Shown here one piece after another: positions 13,946 through 24,368 of a stretch of DNA of 64,000 nt. The translations under genes and the position numbers were made by a program. A model generated the notes under the pieces. The model was not told the origin of the DNA. It searched no databases and saw only the letters and a program-made list of their open reading frames with translations. Position 1 is the stretch's first letter. The number at the start of each line of letters is the position of its first letter. Source of the DNA: Nitrospirales bacterium (GTDB lineage Bacteria > Nitrospirota > Nitrospiria > Nitrospirales > UBA8639); NCBI GenBank assembly GCA_963555755.3, contig OY820905.2, positions 2,144,001-2,208,000 of the forward strand, read 5' to 3'.

Positions 13946-15032
13946 CTTGCTTATCCTGTTTGCCCACCAACGTACGACCTATAGTAGGGTGGCCGTAGAT
14001 ACATGAGCGCAATGATCCCAATCCCCGTTGTAAAGGCCTCGATACGTGGGGCCGGGCACCTTCATGCCGATACCCAATAGGGAAGCGAAAGCCGTCATCG
14101 GGTAAAAGGGACGGTTGAACCGGAATACGAATTCATTCAGATAGGCCGACAGGTGTTGCGTGCTGACGCTATGGTGAGTTCCCATCAGCCAAGTCTTCAG
14201 ATTCGAGAAGGCGATGTGGATCATAGGGAGGTGGATATCGGTTTTCTCGCGATCGCCATTGCGCACCATGGGCTCGTGCGCGTACCCCAATTGTGTCAGA
14301 TTGTCGTAGCCGCCCCATTCGTCGGTGCGCACCATGGCGCCCGTGACTACGCTCTCCTGCACGAACCCCGTGAGCGTTTTGGCCCCGCGGTTTGGCACGA
14401 GACACAAGCGCAACCTTCCTGCGTAAACGGCTCGGTGGGGCTTTTTGCCATCAACGCCGAGCGGCCGAGGGCGAACTTCGATGGCACCAGCAACCATCGA
14501 TTGATGGTGGACGCCACGTCCTTTGCTCTTGGTGCGCCCCCCCACCAGCGTTTCATCCACCTCGACTGGCCAATCTGCGCCAATCCGGTCGGGGTTGGGG
14601 CGAACCATGCCAGCGCGGAGCTTGTGGAGCATCTGGAATGCGGTCTCGTAGCGAGTCAGCCCAAGCTGGCGCTGAAGCTGCACCGCAGACACGCCGGGCG
14701 TTTGCGTCGTCACCAGATACGCGCCCAAAAACCACGCCTGCAAGGGCGTCCTTGTCGCATGCATGACGGTGCCAGCGGTCAGCGCCACATCACTGTGGCA
14801 ATGTCGGCATCGAATCATCCGTGGTCTCGTGACGATGCGCTGCGCCTTGCTGCTCACGCCGCACGTTGGGCACGCAAATCCGTCCGGCCACCGGATGGCC
14901 TCAAGATAGGCCGCACACGCCATTTCGCTGGGAAACATCTGTTGAAACTCAAGCAACGACTGGGGGTGGCGAATTTCCATGACGATCATACCCTACCTAT
15001 TAGCGTGAGGGTGTGTCAACCGGATAAGCAAG
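13946..15032 (-). mobile_element. IS1595-family element (transposase 13979-14989)
   Basis: Zn ribbon CPTC..CRHC, VEVDET, VRTDEW, YLNEFVFRFN. TIR CTTGCTTATCC. 8-bp TSD GATTGCCC/GTTTGCCC. Confidence 0.92.
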
Positions 15033-15119
15033 GTTTGCCCTATCTTCAACAGCGCACTTCGACCTTTTTATTGTGCCAAACCCGATGGGGTAAGTTTTCA
15101 GGCTTGGTGATTTCTCAAT

Positions 15120-15410
15120 TCCGGGCCTGGTTGGTTTGGCTTTCTCGATCCCCCGGTTTTGACCATTTTCCCTTTACCCCGAATTGCTGGTGTCACCCGT
15201 GACCGATACTTACTGTTCGGCGTACATACGCCAAGAAAACGGGTAAGATTTACTCTGGGTTTGGGCACCAGAGTCCCCAGCCTGGACCAGCTACAGGCCG
15301 CATCCATCCATTACCGAATCGCCATTCGTCCGTCCGCCGGGCCCGGGTGAGAAGGAACAAGCCGTGCGCCCCGATGACCTGGATGCAGTGCCTCAAGCGG
15401 GTGGTTTGCT
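15120..15410. pseudogene. Scrambled IS91/ISCR transposase fragments
   Basis: Minus strand LVPKPRVNLTRFLGVCTPNSKYRSRVTP. Plus strand MTWMQCLKRV. Confidence 0.7.
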
Positions 15411-15535
15411 CGGGTGTAAATATTTTTGGTCTTGCCATTTTTGAGTTCTCTTTTGCTTCAGTTTAAGCGGAAAACTTGGATTGAGAGATGCGGAGTGTAG
15501 GTATAATTAAACCTATTGTCAAGTCCAAGATCTTT

Positions 15536-15869
15536 CCCAAAATCCGCGATGGATTTTGTCAACAGGACTCCTTTGGCGAAAACCACCTGTTTCATCCACT
15601 AGAGAAGTCGCATGGTCAATGTTCTTGCTGGATCCGAGGCCGCCTCCAAGGGATTCCTTGCCGCACTGGGTGTAACCTGCTCCTTCTGGGCAAACTGCTC
15701 CTTTCATGCTTCCTCTCGCGTCTGATTCCTGCCCTGGCTTATGCCTGGGCAGCTTCCGCACAGCGCGTCCGAATCTCCGCACACACGCCCCAAAACCATT
15801 GCTGCACTTTGAGGATCACCGCGCCGGCATGCCGGACCACGTTGCCCGCCAGCTGATACCGCCGCCAAC
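15536..15869 (-). mobile_element. IS1380 3'-end remnant
   Basis: TIR CCCAAAATCCGCGATGG. Encodes ..VVRHAGAVILKVQQ..IRTRCAEAAQA*. Truncated by the GGGGTCA ladder. Confidence 0.85.
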
Positions 15870-15912
15870 GGGTTAGGGGTCAGGTTAGGGTCAGGTTAGG
15901 GGTCAGGTTAGG
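15870..15912 (+). repeat. GGTTAGG(G)GTCA tandem repeats: outer part of the HUH-element left-end ladder
   Basis: Continues in register at 22641 (GG|GGTCAAGTCAC) once the introns are removed. Confidence 0.8.
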
Positions 15913-16016
15913 GTAGAGTAGAGCACTGGTGCATACATGGAGCTGCTCTCGAACGCTTCGACGCACGCGTCTACCACGGACCATAGCAGTCAGCACTTCC
16001 CAGCGCCCCCTCATCA

Positions 16017-18010
16017 GTAGGGTCGAGGACTGGCGCGCCAACGGTAGGGTTCGGTGGCTCCTCCACCCCTTTCGGAATGGGCCTCAGTCCGACTCCCCTG
16101 GTCACGGTTCCAGTCCCCGCCACCTCAAACCCGGCGTGCTGATTTCCAGCACCGGGCTTTCCTGGATGCTTCACCTCAAGGGTTATGTGACCTATCAGCC
16201 TGGAAGGACTTTCATGCCGACCCGTTGTACCGCACTCGGTAATCTCCATATAAGCCAAGTACCGTGTAGAGCCAAACCTTACTCCACCTCTTCCAGCCAA
16301 AACCTCGACGGTGGCGCACTCGCATCATGTGCCGCCGGACCTTCCGCTCCACCCAATCCTTCACGTAGGATAAACACCGACTCGCATGCCCAATCCGGAA
16401 GTCGTTCACCCAGCCCCGTACGATCGGATTGATCATGGCGATCATCCGTCCCACCGGCTGGGATTGCCCGCGTCGGAACACTTCCTTGAGCTTCCGCAGC
16501 AACGCGGTGCGCCGCTTCACCTTCGGTATGTACTGCGGGCGCCACACTCCACGCCGCGACCGCACACGCCGAAAGTCAAAGCCCAGAAAGCCGAAGCTGC
16601 CTCCCTGACTCAGGTCCACGATTCGGCTCTTCTCCTCATTCACCTGAAGGTCTAATTGGGCCAACGCCTCTCGCAGCTTCCGCTCCGCAACCTGCGCCAG
16701 TTGTGCGTGGCGGCGATAGCCATCCACTAACACGACGAGGTCATCCGCAAACCGGACATACTCGAGATACGTATACTGGCCCTGCCGGGTTGTCTCCTTC
16801 AGCTGCTCCAGCCTCTCATCCACTTCCGTGAGATAGAGGTTGGCCAGCAGCGGGGAAATCACACCCCCTTGAGGCACCCCACGCGGGCCGGACGCCTTGA
16901 CGATGAGTTTCACCAGCCGCAGGATCGCGGGATCCTGGATGCGTCGGGCCACCTTCGCCAGCAGCCGGTCATGCCGCACCGTGTCGAAGAAGGCCGCCAG
17001 ATCCACATCAATCACTCGCGTCTTGTTCTGCACCATCGCCTGAGCCACCCGGCCAATCGCCTGATGGGCTGTCCGTTTCGGTCGATACCCATACGACCCG
17101 TCCCGAAAATCCGCCTCAAAGATCGGTTCCAGCAGGAGCTTGAGCGCTCCCTGTACCACGCGGTCCCGAATCGCGGGTATCCCTAAGACGCGGACTCGTC
17201 CACCGCCTTTCGAAATCTCCACGTGCCGGTTCCGCATCGGTCGGTAGGTCTGCGTGACCAGTTCGTCCCGTAGTCGTGCAAGAAAGGGCTCCACCCCCGT
17301 GGCCTCGATGCCAGCAAACGTCACCCCATCAATGCCGGGGGCTCCGTTGTTTTTCTTGGCCATCGAATAGGCCGCGCGTAGCGTCGCCTCTTTGCACACG
17401 TGGACGTACAAGCCCCACACCCGCCATCGCTTCTCAGCCTTCGCCTTGACGTAGAGCCGCTGTCGCAGGTCTTGCAGTGTAATGGACGCCGTTGTCATCT
17501 CGTCCCTGCCTCCCATGTTGATCACAGCCTACAGCCAGTAGGGCTCCTTTGCTCCACAGGCATGACCCTGCTTCCTCGCTCCTACGAGCCCCTCCGCCAC
17601 CCTCTCGTCTTCGGCTCACTTCCCAGAGAGCTGGTTATAGAGCCGATCTTCCTCCAGGGATTTCTCCCTGGGACGAGGAGGGCTTCTCCAGTTGCGTCGT
17701 CTGTCCTTGCTCCCGTGCTGTCGCTCTCACCCCGCCGGAGTGGCCAGGCGTCTCAGCCTTGGTTCGCCTGTCCATGCCGTCTTCGTCCTACGGACAGGGA
17801 CTCGACCTCCGAGGTTTCATACTTTCGAGGCTACCTCTGCGTTCACTTGCGTTACGGCCCGGGAACTCGCTCACCATCCTCTACGATGGCTTTGTCGATG
17901 GGCTTCAGCGTCTCGGTTTCTCTCCACGCTGCCATCCAAGCTACAGGGCTCAGGCTCTTACCCTGGTGGGCTTGCTTCCCACTGAACAGTCTCGCCTTAC
18001 CTGGACACAC
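16017..18010 (-). mobile_element. Group II intron copy A (1994 bp)
   Basis: 5' GTGTG, DV/DVI and 3' ..CGACCCTAC. Confidence 0.95.
16212..17498 (-). CDS. ltrA: Group II intron reverse transcriptase/maturase (no endonuclease domain)
   Basis: APGIDG, LGIPAIRDRVVQ, PQGGVISPLLAN, RFADD, X domain. Confidence 0.95.
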   Translation of the reverse strand: MTTASITLQDLRQRLYVKAKAEKRWRVWGLYVHVCKEATLRAAYSMAKKNNGAPGIDGVTFAGIEATGVEPFLARLRDELVTQTYRPMRNRHVEISKGGGRVRVLGIPAIRDRVVQGALKLLLEPIFEADFRDGSYGYRPKRTAHQAIGRVAQAMVQNKTRVIDVDLAAFFDTVRHDRLLAKVARRIQDPAILRLVKLIVKASGPRGVPQGGVISPLLANLYLTEVDERLEQLKETTRQGQYTYLEYVRFADDLVVLVDGYRRHAQLAQVAERKLREALAQLDLQVNEEKSRIVDLSQGGSFGFLGFDFRRVRSRRGVWRPQYIPKVKRRTALLRKLKEVFRRGQSQPVGRMIAMINPIVRGWVNDFRIGHASRCLSYVKDWVERKVRRHMMRVRHRRGFGWKRWSKVWLYTVLGLYGDYRVRYNGSA

Positions 18011-20004
18011 GTAGGGTCGAGGACTGGCGCGCCAACGGTAGGGTTCGGTGGCTCCTCCACCCCTTTCGGAATGGGCCTCAGTCCGACTCCCCTGGTCACG
18101 GTTCCAGTCCCCGCCACCTCAAACCCGGCGTGCTGATTTCCAGCACCGGGCTTTCCTGGATGCTTCACCTCAAGGGTTATGTGACCTATCAGCCTGGAAG
18201 GACTTTCATGCCGACCCGTTGTACCGCACTCGGTAATCTCCATATAAGCCAAGTACCGTGTAGAGCCAAACCTTACTCCACCTCTTCCAGCCAAAACCTC
18301 GACGGTGGCGCACTCGCATCATGTGCCGCCGGACCTTCCGCTCCACCCAATCCTTCACGTAGGATAAACACCGACTCGCATGCCCAATCCGGAAGTAGTT
18401 CACCCAGCCCCGTACGATCGGATTGATCATGGCGATCATCCGTCCCACCGGCTGGGATTGCCCGCGTCGGAACACTTCCTTGAGCTTCCGCAGCAACGCG
18501 GTGCGCCGCTTCACCTTCGGTATGTACTGCGGGCGCCACACTCCACGCCGCGACCGCACACGCCGAAAGTCAAAGCCCAGAAAGCCGAAGCTGCCTCCCT
18601 GACTCAGGTCCACGATTCGGCTCTTCTCCTCATTCACCTGAAGGTCTAATTGGGCCAACGCCTCTCGCAGCTTCCGCTCCGCGACCTGCGCCAGTTGTGC
18701 GTGGCGGCGATAGCCATCCACTAACACGACGAGGTCATCCGCAAACCGGACATACTCGAGATACGTATACTGGCCCTGCCGGGTTGTCTCCTTCAGCTGC
18801 TCCAGCCTCTCATCCACTTCCGTGAGATAGAGGTTGGCCAGCAGCGGGGAAATCACACCCCCTTGAGGCACCCCACGCGGGCCGGACGCCTTGACGATGA
18901 GTTTCACCAGCCGCAGGATCGCGGGATCCTGGATGCGTCGGGCCACCTTCGCCAGCAGCCGGTCATGCCGCACCGTGTCGAAGAAGGCCGCCAGATCCAC
19001 ATCAATCACTCGCGTCTTGTTCTGCACCATCGCCTGAGCCACCCGGCCAATCGCCTGGTGGGCTGTCCGTTTCGGTCGATACCCATACGACCCATCACGA
19101 AAATCCGCCTCAAAGATCGGTTCCAGCAGGAGCTTGAGCGCTCCCTGTACCACGCGGTCCCGAATCGCGGGTATCCCTAAGACGCGGACTCGTCCACCGC
19201 CTTTCGAAATCTCCACGTGCCGGTTCCGCATCGGTCGGTAGGTCTGCGTGACCAGTTCGTCCCGTAGTCGTGCAAGAAAGGGCTCCACCCCCGTGGCCTC
19301 GATGCCAGCAAACGTCACCCCATCAATGCCGGGGGCTCCGTTGTTTTTCTTGGCCATCGAATAGGCCGCGCGTAGCGTCGCCTCTTTGCACACGTGGACG
19401 TACAGGCCCCACACCCGCCATCGCTTCTCAGCCTTCGCCTTGACGTAGAGCCGCTGTCGCAGGTCTTGCAGTGTAATGGACGCCGTTGTCATCTCGTCCC
19501 TGCCTCCCATGTTGATCACAGCCTACAGCCAGTAGGGCTCCTTTGCTCCACAGGCATGACCCTGCTTCCTCGCTCCTACGAGCCCCTCCGCCACCCTCTC
19601 GTCTTCGGCTCACTTCCCAGAGAGCTGGTTATAGAGCCGATCTTCCTCCAGGGATTTCTCCCTGGGACGAGGAGGGCTTCTCCAGTTGCGTCGTCTGTCC
19701 TTGCTCCCGTGCTGTCGCTCTCACCCCGCCGGAGTGGCCAGGCGTCTCAGCCTTGGTTCGCCTGTCCATGCCGTCTTCGTCCTACGGACAGGGACTCGAC
19801 CTCCGAGGTTTCATACTTTCGAGGCTACCTCTGCGTTCACTTGCGTTACGGCCCGGGAACTCGCTCACCATCCTCTACGATGGCTTTGTCGATGGGCTTC
19901 AGCGTCTCGGTTTCTCTCCACGCTGCCATCCAAGCTACAGGGCTCAGGCTCTTACCCTGGTGGGCTTGCTTCCCACTGAACAGTCTCGCCTTACCTGGAC
20001 ACAC
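18011..20004 (-). mobile_element. Group II intron copy B (1994 bp)
   Basis: Abuts copies A and C with no exon base between. Confidence 0.95.
18206..19492 (-). CDS. ltrA: Group II intron RT/maturase
   Basis: Near-identical to copy A. Confidence 0.95.
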   Translation of the reverse strand: MTTASITLQDLRQRLYVKAKAEKRWRVWGLYVHVCKEATLRAAYSMAKKNNGAPGIDGVTFAGIEATGVEPFLARLRDELVTQTYRPMRNRHVEISKGGGRVRVLGIPAIRDRVVQGALKLLLEPIFEADFRDGSYGYRPKRTAHQAIGRVAQAMVQNKTRVIDVDLAAFFDTVRHDRLLAKVARRIQDPAILRLVKLIVKASGPRGVPQGGVISPLLANLYLTEVDERLEQLKETTRQGQYTYLEYVRFADDLVVLVDGYRRHAQLAQVAERKLREALAQLDLQVNEEKSRIVDLSQGGSFGFLGFDFRRVRSRRGVWRPQYIPKVKRRTALLRKLKEVFRRGQSQPVGRMIAMINPIVRGWVNYFRIGHASRCLSYVKDWVERKVRRHMMRVRHRRGFGWKRWSKVWLYTVLGLYGDYRVRYNGSA

Positions 20005-21998
20005 GTAGGGTCGAGGACTGGCGCGCCAACGGTAGGGGTCGGTGGCTCCTCCACCCCTTTCAGAGTGGGCCTCAATCCGACTCCCCTGGTCACGGTTCCA
20101 GTCCCCGCCACCTCAAACCCGGCGTGCTGATTTCCAGCACCGGGCTTTCCTGGATGCTTCACCTCAAGGGTTATGTGACCTATCAGCCTGGAAGGACTTT
20201 CATGCCGACCCGTTGTACCGCACTCGGTAATCTCCATATAAGCCAAGTACCGTGTAGAGCCAAACCTTACTCCACCTCTTCCAGCCAAAACCTCGACGGT
20301 GGCGCACTCGCATCATGTGCCGCCGGACCTTCCGCTCCACCCAATCCTTCACGTAGGATAAACACCGACTCGCATGCCCAATCCGGAAGTAGTTCACCCA
20401 GCCCCGTACGATCGGATTGATCATGGCGATCATCCGTCCCACCGGCTGGGATTGCCCGCGTCGGAACACTTCCTTGAGCTTCCGCAGCAACGCGGTGCGC
20501 CGCTTCACCTTCGGTATGTACTGCGGGCGCCACACTCCACGCCGCGACCGCACACGCCGAAAGTCAAAGCCCAGAAAGCCGAAGCTGCCTCCCTGACTCA
20601 GGTCCACGATCCGGCTCTTCTCCTCATTCACCTGAAGGTCTAATTGGGCCAACGCCTCTCGCAGCTTCCGCTCCGCAACCTGCGCCAGTCGTGCGTGGCG
20701 GCGATAGCCATCCACTAACACGACGAGGTCATCCGCAAACCGGACATACTCGAGATACGTATACTGGCCCTGCCGGGTTGTCTCCTTCAGCTGCTCCAGC
20801 CTCTCATCCACTTCCGTGAGATAGAGGTTGGCCAGCAGCGGGGAAATCACACCCCCTTGAGGCACCCCACGCGGGCCGGACGCCTTGACGATGAGTTTCA
20901 CCAGCCGCAGGATCGCGGGATCCTGGATGCGTCGGGCCACCTTCGCCAGCAGCCGGTCATGCCGCACCGTGTCGAAGAAGGCCGCCAGATCCACATCAAT
21001 CACTCGCGTCTTGTTCTGCACCATCGCCTGAGCCACCCGGCCAATCGCCTGATGGGCTGTCCGTTTCGGTCGATACCCATACGACCCGTCCCGAAAATCC
21101 GCCTCAAAGATCGGTTCCAGCAGGAGCTTGAGCGCTCCCTGTACCACGCGGTCCCGAATCGCGGGTATCCCTAAGACGCGGACTCGTCCACCGCCTTTCG
21201 AAATCTCCACGTGCCGGTTCCGCATCGGTCGGTAGGTCTGCGTGACCAGTTCGTCCCGTAGTCGTGCAAGAAAGGGCTCCACCCCCGTGGCCTCGATGCC
21301 AGCAAACGTCACCCCATCAATGCCGGGGGCTCCGTTGTTCTTCTTCGCCATCGCATAGGCCGCGCGTAGCGTCGCCTCTTTGCACACGTGGACGTACAGG
21401 CCCCACACCCGCCATCGCTTCTCAGCCTTCGCCTTGACGTAGAGCCGCTGTCGCAGGTCTTGCAGTGTAATGGACGCCGTTGTCATCTCGTCCCTGCCTC
21501 CCATGTTGATCACAGCCTACAGCCAGTAGGGCTCCTTTGCTCCACAGGCATTACCCTGCTTCCTCGCTCCTACGAGCCCCTCCGCCACCCTCTCGTCTTC
21601 GACTCACTTCCCAGAGAGCTGGTTATAGAGCCGATCTTCCTCCAGGGATTTCTCCCTGGGACGAGGAGGGCTTCTCCAGTTGCGTCGTCTGTCCTTGCTC
21701 CCGTGCTGTCGCTCTCACCCCGCCGGAGTGGCCAGGCGTCTCAGCCTTGGTTCGCCTGTCCATGCCGTCTTCGTCCTACGGACAGGGACTCGACCTCCGA
21801 GGTTTCATACTTTCGAGGCTACCTCTGCGTTCACTTGCGTTACGGCCCGGGAACTCGCTCACCATCCTCTACGATGGCTTTGTCGATGGGCTTCAGCGTC
21901 TCGGTTTCTCTCCACGCTGCCATCCAAGCTACAGGGCTCCGGCTCTTACCCTGGTGGGCTTGCTTCCCACTGAACAGTCTCGCCTTACCTGGACACAC
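20005..21998 (-). mobile_element. Group II intron copy C (1994 bp)
   Basis: 5' GTGTG follows ACGCACGGAT of the outer intron DV. Confidence 0.95.
20200..21486 (-). CDS. ltrA: Group II intron RT/maturase
   Basis: Near-identical, with a few private substitutions. Confidence 0.95.
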   Translation of the reverse strand: MTTASITLQDLRQRLYVKAKAEKRWRVWGLYVHVCKEATLRAAYAMAKKNNGAPGIDGVTFAGIEATGVEPFLARLRDELVTQTYRPMRNRHVEISKGGGRVRVLGIPAIRDRVVQGALKLLLEPIFEADFRDGSYGYRPKRTAHQAIGRVAQAMVQNKTRVIDVDLAAFFDTVRHDRLLAKVARRIQDPAILRLVKLIVKASGPRGVPQGGVISPLLANLYLTEVDERLEQLKETTRQGQYTYLEYVRFADDLVVLVDGYRRHARLAQVAERKLREALAQLDLQVNEEKSRIVDLSQGGSFGFLGFDFRRVRSRRGVWRPQYIPKVKRRTALLRKLKEVFRRGQSQPVGRMIAMINPIVRGWVNYFRIGHASRCLSYVKDWVERKVRRHMMRVRHRRGFGWKRWSKVWLYTVLGLYGDYRVRYNGSA

Positions 21999-22701
21999 AT
22001 CCGTGCGTATGGTTTTCCCATACACGGCTTTCCGATGTTCTTCTTCCAGCGGCATGCGTCTGTCATCAGGCAATAGCCACATTCAGACTTGGCCTTCTGA
22101 GATAGTTTCCTCTGTAGTGTCCTGATCGTGCTCGGGGTGGTTAGCGCAATGGCAATCCCCTGATCCTCCACTCGTCGGAAACGTGAACAAAGTAGGGTCC
22201 CTTCCCTCGGGCCGGGTTGTGTTGTCCCAGGCTCTCCAACGGTACTATGAACCCCTCCGACTCCCACGACGGCCCGCAGCGATTTCGGTATCCCTTATAC
22301 GCCTCAGTTGCTGGTTCTGCGCCAGCACCGTCGCGGGTCTCCCGTCCTGCACGGTGTCTCTTCCGCCACATGCCATCCCTGCTACCCCGGAAGATCCTGA
22401 GGGTGGGTGTTCGTTCTACTCCCTCAAACGGCGGCCTTCCCCTTCTGACCACAGGGTCGGCATCTCCAATTCGTTTACGAGGCTACATCTAGGTTCGCTT
22501 GCGCTACGGCCTGCGGCTTTGCCCATGGGAAACTTCAACCCCTGATTACTCAGACGCTGCTTCCTGGTGCTAGAAAGGTGTACGAACAACTCCTTTCGCG
22601 GGACTTCAACCCGCTAGACACACCGCCGATGACGGCATGCGGTCAAGTCACTTGCTTCATGATAAAGAAAAGGAAAAGGGGTCAGAAAAGGGGTCAGAAA
22701 A

Positions 22702-23734
22702 GGGGTCAAGTCACTTGCTTCATGATAAAAAAGTAGTTAGACTCTGGTCATGCCTCGACCTCCTCGGATGGAATACGAGCATGCGGTGTATCATGTCATG
22801 AATCGTGGCCGGGCTCGGCACCCGGTGTTTCATGATGCCCGGTACTATCGAGCCTTTCTCGACACGTTGGCCGAGCTGCATACCCGCTTCCAGGGTGTGA
22901 TTCATGCCTATTGCTTGATGGGCAATCACTATCATGTCTTGCTGGAAACTCCCAGGGCCAATCTCAGTCGCATGATGCGCCATCTTAACGGGGTGTATAC
23001 GCAACGGCATAATCGTCTCAAACGTACTGATGGCTCTTTGTTTCGAGGCCGCTATAAAGCCATTTTGGTGGAGCACGATGCCTATTTGCTCCACGTGTCC
23101 CGGTATATCCATCGAAACCCTCTTGACGGCATACGGCCGCTGGTCACGAATTTGTCTGATTATCCCTGGTCGAGCTATCCGACATATATCGGTCAAGCGA
23201 AGCCGGCACCGTGGTTGTGCCGGGAACCGACGTATCGCCTGCTTGGGCATGTGCACCGGTATCGCGGGTATGCTCGCTACGTGCTAGAGGGCAACGATAA
23301 AGAAATCGAGTATTTTTCCCAACGGGGTAATAGGGCGGCCATTATGGGAGGGCAGGAGTTCAAATCTTGGGTCTATGACGAATTACTGCCGGATCTTGAA
23401 GCGGAGGAGAAAGGGCAGGTGATCCAGCCGAGTCTTGCAATCGACACTATGATCACTGGGGTGGCCAAGGCCTATCGCACGACACCAGACCGGCTGACCA
23501 TGGTAGTGAAAGGGCCGCAAAAAGGGAATGAGGCTCGGAAACTGGCGATGTATCTGTGTCAGGAATTAGCGGATGTGAAACTTCAGGACATTGCGCCCTG
23601 CTTCCATCTGCGTCATAGCGGTTCGGTGAGTTTTATCACCCACCAGGTCAGAAAGAAGAAACGAGACGAGAAGGGATTTGCCGCTAGAATGAACGAGGTG
23701 ATTGAAAGTATTCTGAAGCAATCGACTTGACCCC
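22702..23734 (+). mobile_element. HUH Y1 (RAYT-like) transposase element copy 1 with 21-bp TIRs (ORF 22750-23730)
   Basis: YHVMNRG, HAYCLMGNHYHVLL, YIHRNP, YPWSSY, C-terminal DnaA-like HTH. TIR GGGGTCAAGTCnnTTGCTTCA (19/21). Confidence 0.9.
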
Positions 23735-24190
23735 TATTCGACCCCTATTCTTGACCCCTATTCATAGGGCGGCCATTATGGGAGGGCAGGAGTTCAAATC
23801 TTGGGTCTATGACGAATTACTGCCGGATCTTGAAGCGGAGGAGAAAGGGCAGGTGATCCAGCCGAGTCTTGCAATCGACACTATGATCACTGGGGTGGCC
23901 AAGGCCTATCGCACGACACCAGACCGGCTGACCATGGTAGTGAAAGGGCCGCAAAAAGGGAATGGGGCTCGGAAACTGGCGATGTATCTGTGTCAGGAAT
24001 TAGCGGATGTGAAACTTCAGGACATTGCGCCCTGCTTCCATCTGCGTCATAGCGGTTCGGTGAGTTTTATCACCCACCAGGTCAGAAAGAAGAAACGAGA
24101 CGAGAAGGGATTTGCCGCTAGAATGAACGAGGTGATTGAAAGTATTCTGAAGCAATCGACTTGACCCCTATTTGACTTGACCCCTATTTT
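23735..24190 (+). repeat. Right-end ladder, including a ~405-bp duplication (23764-24168) of the transposase 3' end
   Basis: Copy of 23330-23734 with short GACCCCTATT units on both sides. Confidence 0.9.
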
Positions 24191-24368
24191 ATTATGTCAT
24201 AAACAATTTGTAACGTTAATTATAGTACAAAACCTATATTGAGAAATCATTTAGCGATCAAAAAATTGATCAAAATTAATTAAAATTAGCCCTAACAAAG
24301 TGAATTTTCTTATTTTTCCGATCTCCACATTTTGTTCGATTCTTAAATAGTTTATAGTTATACCAGTT

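Larger units (their letters stand above)
15913..22640 (-). mobile_element. Outer group II intron with internally deleted RT (~750 nt net), split within domain V
   Basis: 5' GCATGCCGTCATCGGCGG. RT N-terminal remnant LTTPSTIRTLQRKLSQKAK. DV GAAAGCCGTGTATGGGAAAACCATACGCACGGAT|TGATGAGGGG. DVI ending CTCTACTCTAC. Confidence 0.85.

Noticed and set aside
15870..15912. True telomeric TTAGGG repeat
   Set aside because: Explained as a GGGGTCA end-ladder that copies the flanking GGTTA bases
16212..21513. Retron, DGR or defence RT
   Set aside because: The RTs lie within canonical intron boundaries with DV/DVI and a maturase domain
23727..24164. Independent HTH gene
   Set aside because: It is a tandem duplication of the transposase 3' end with no real start
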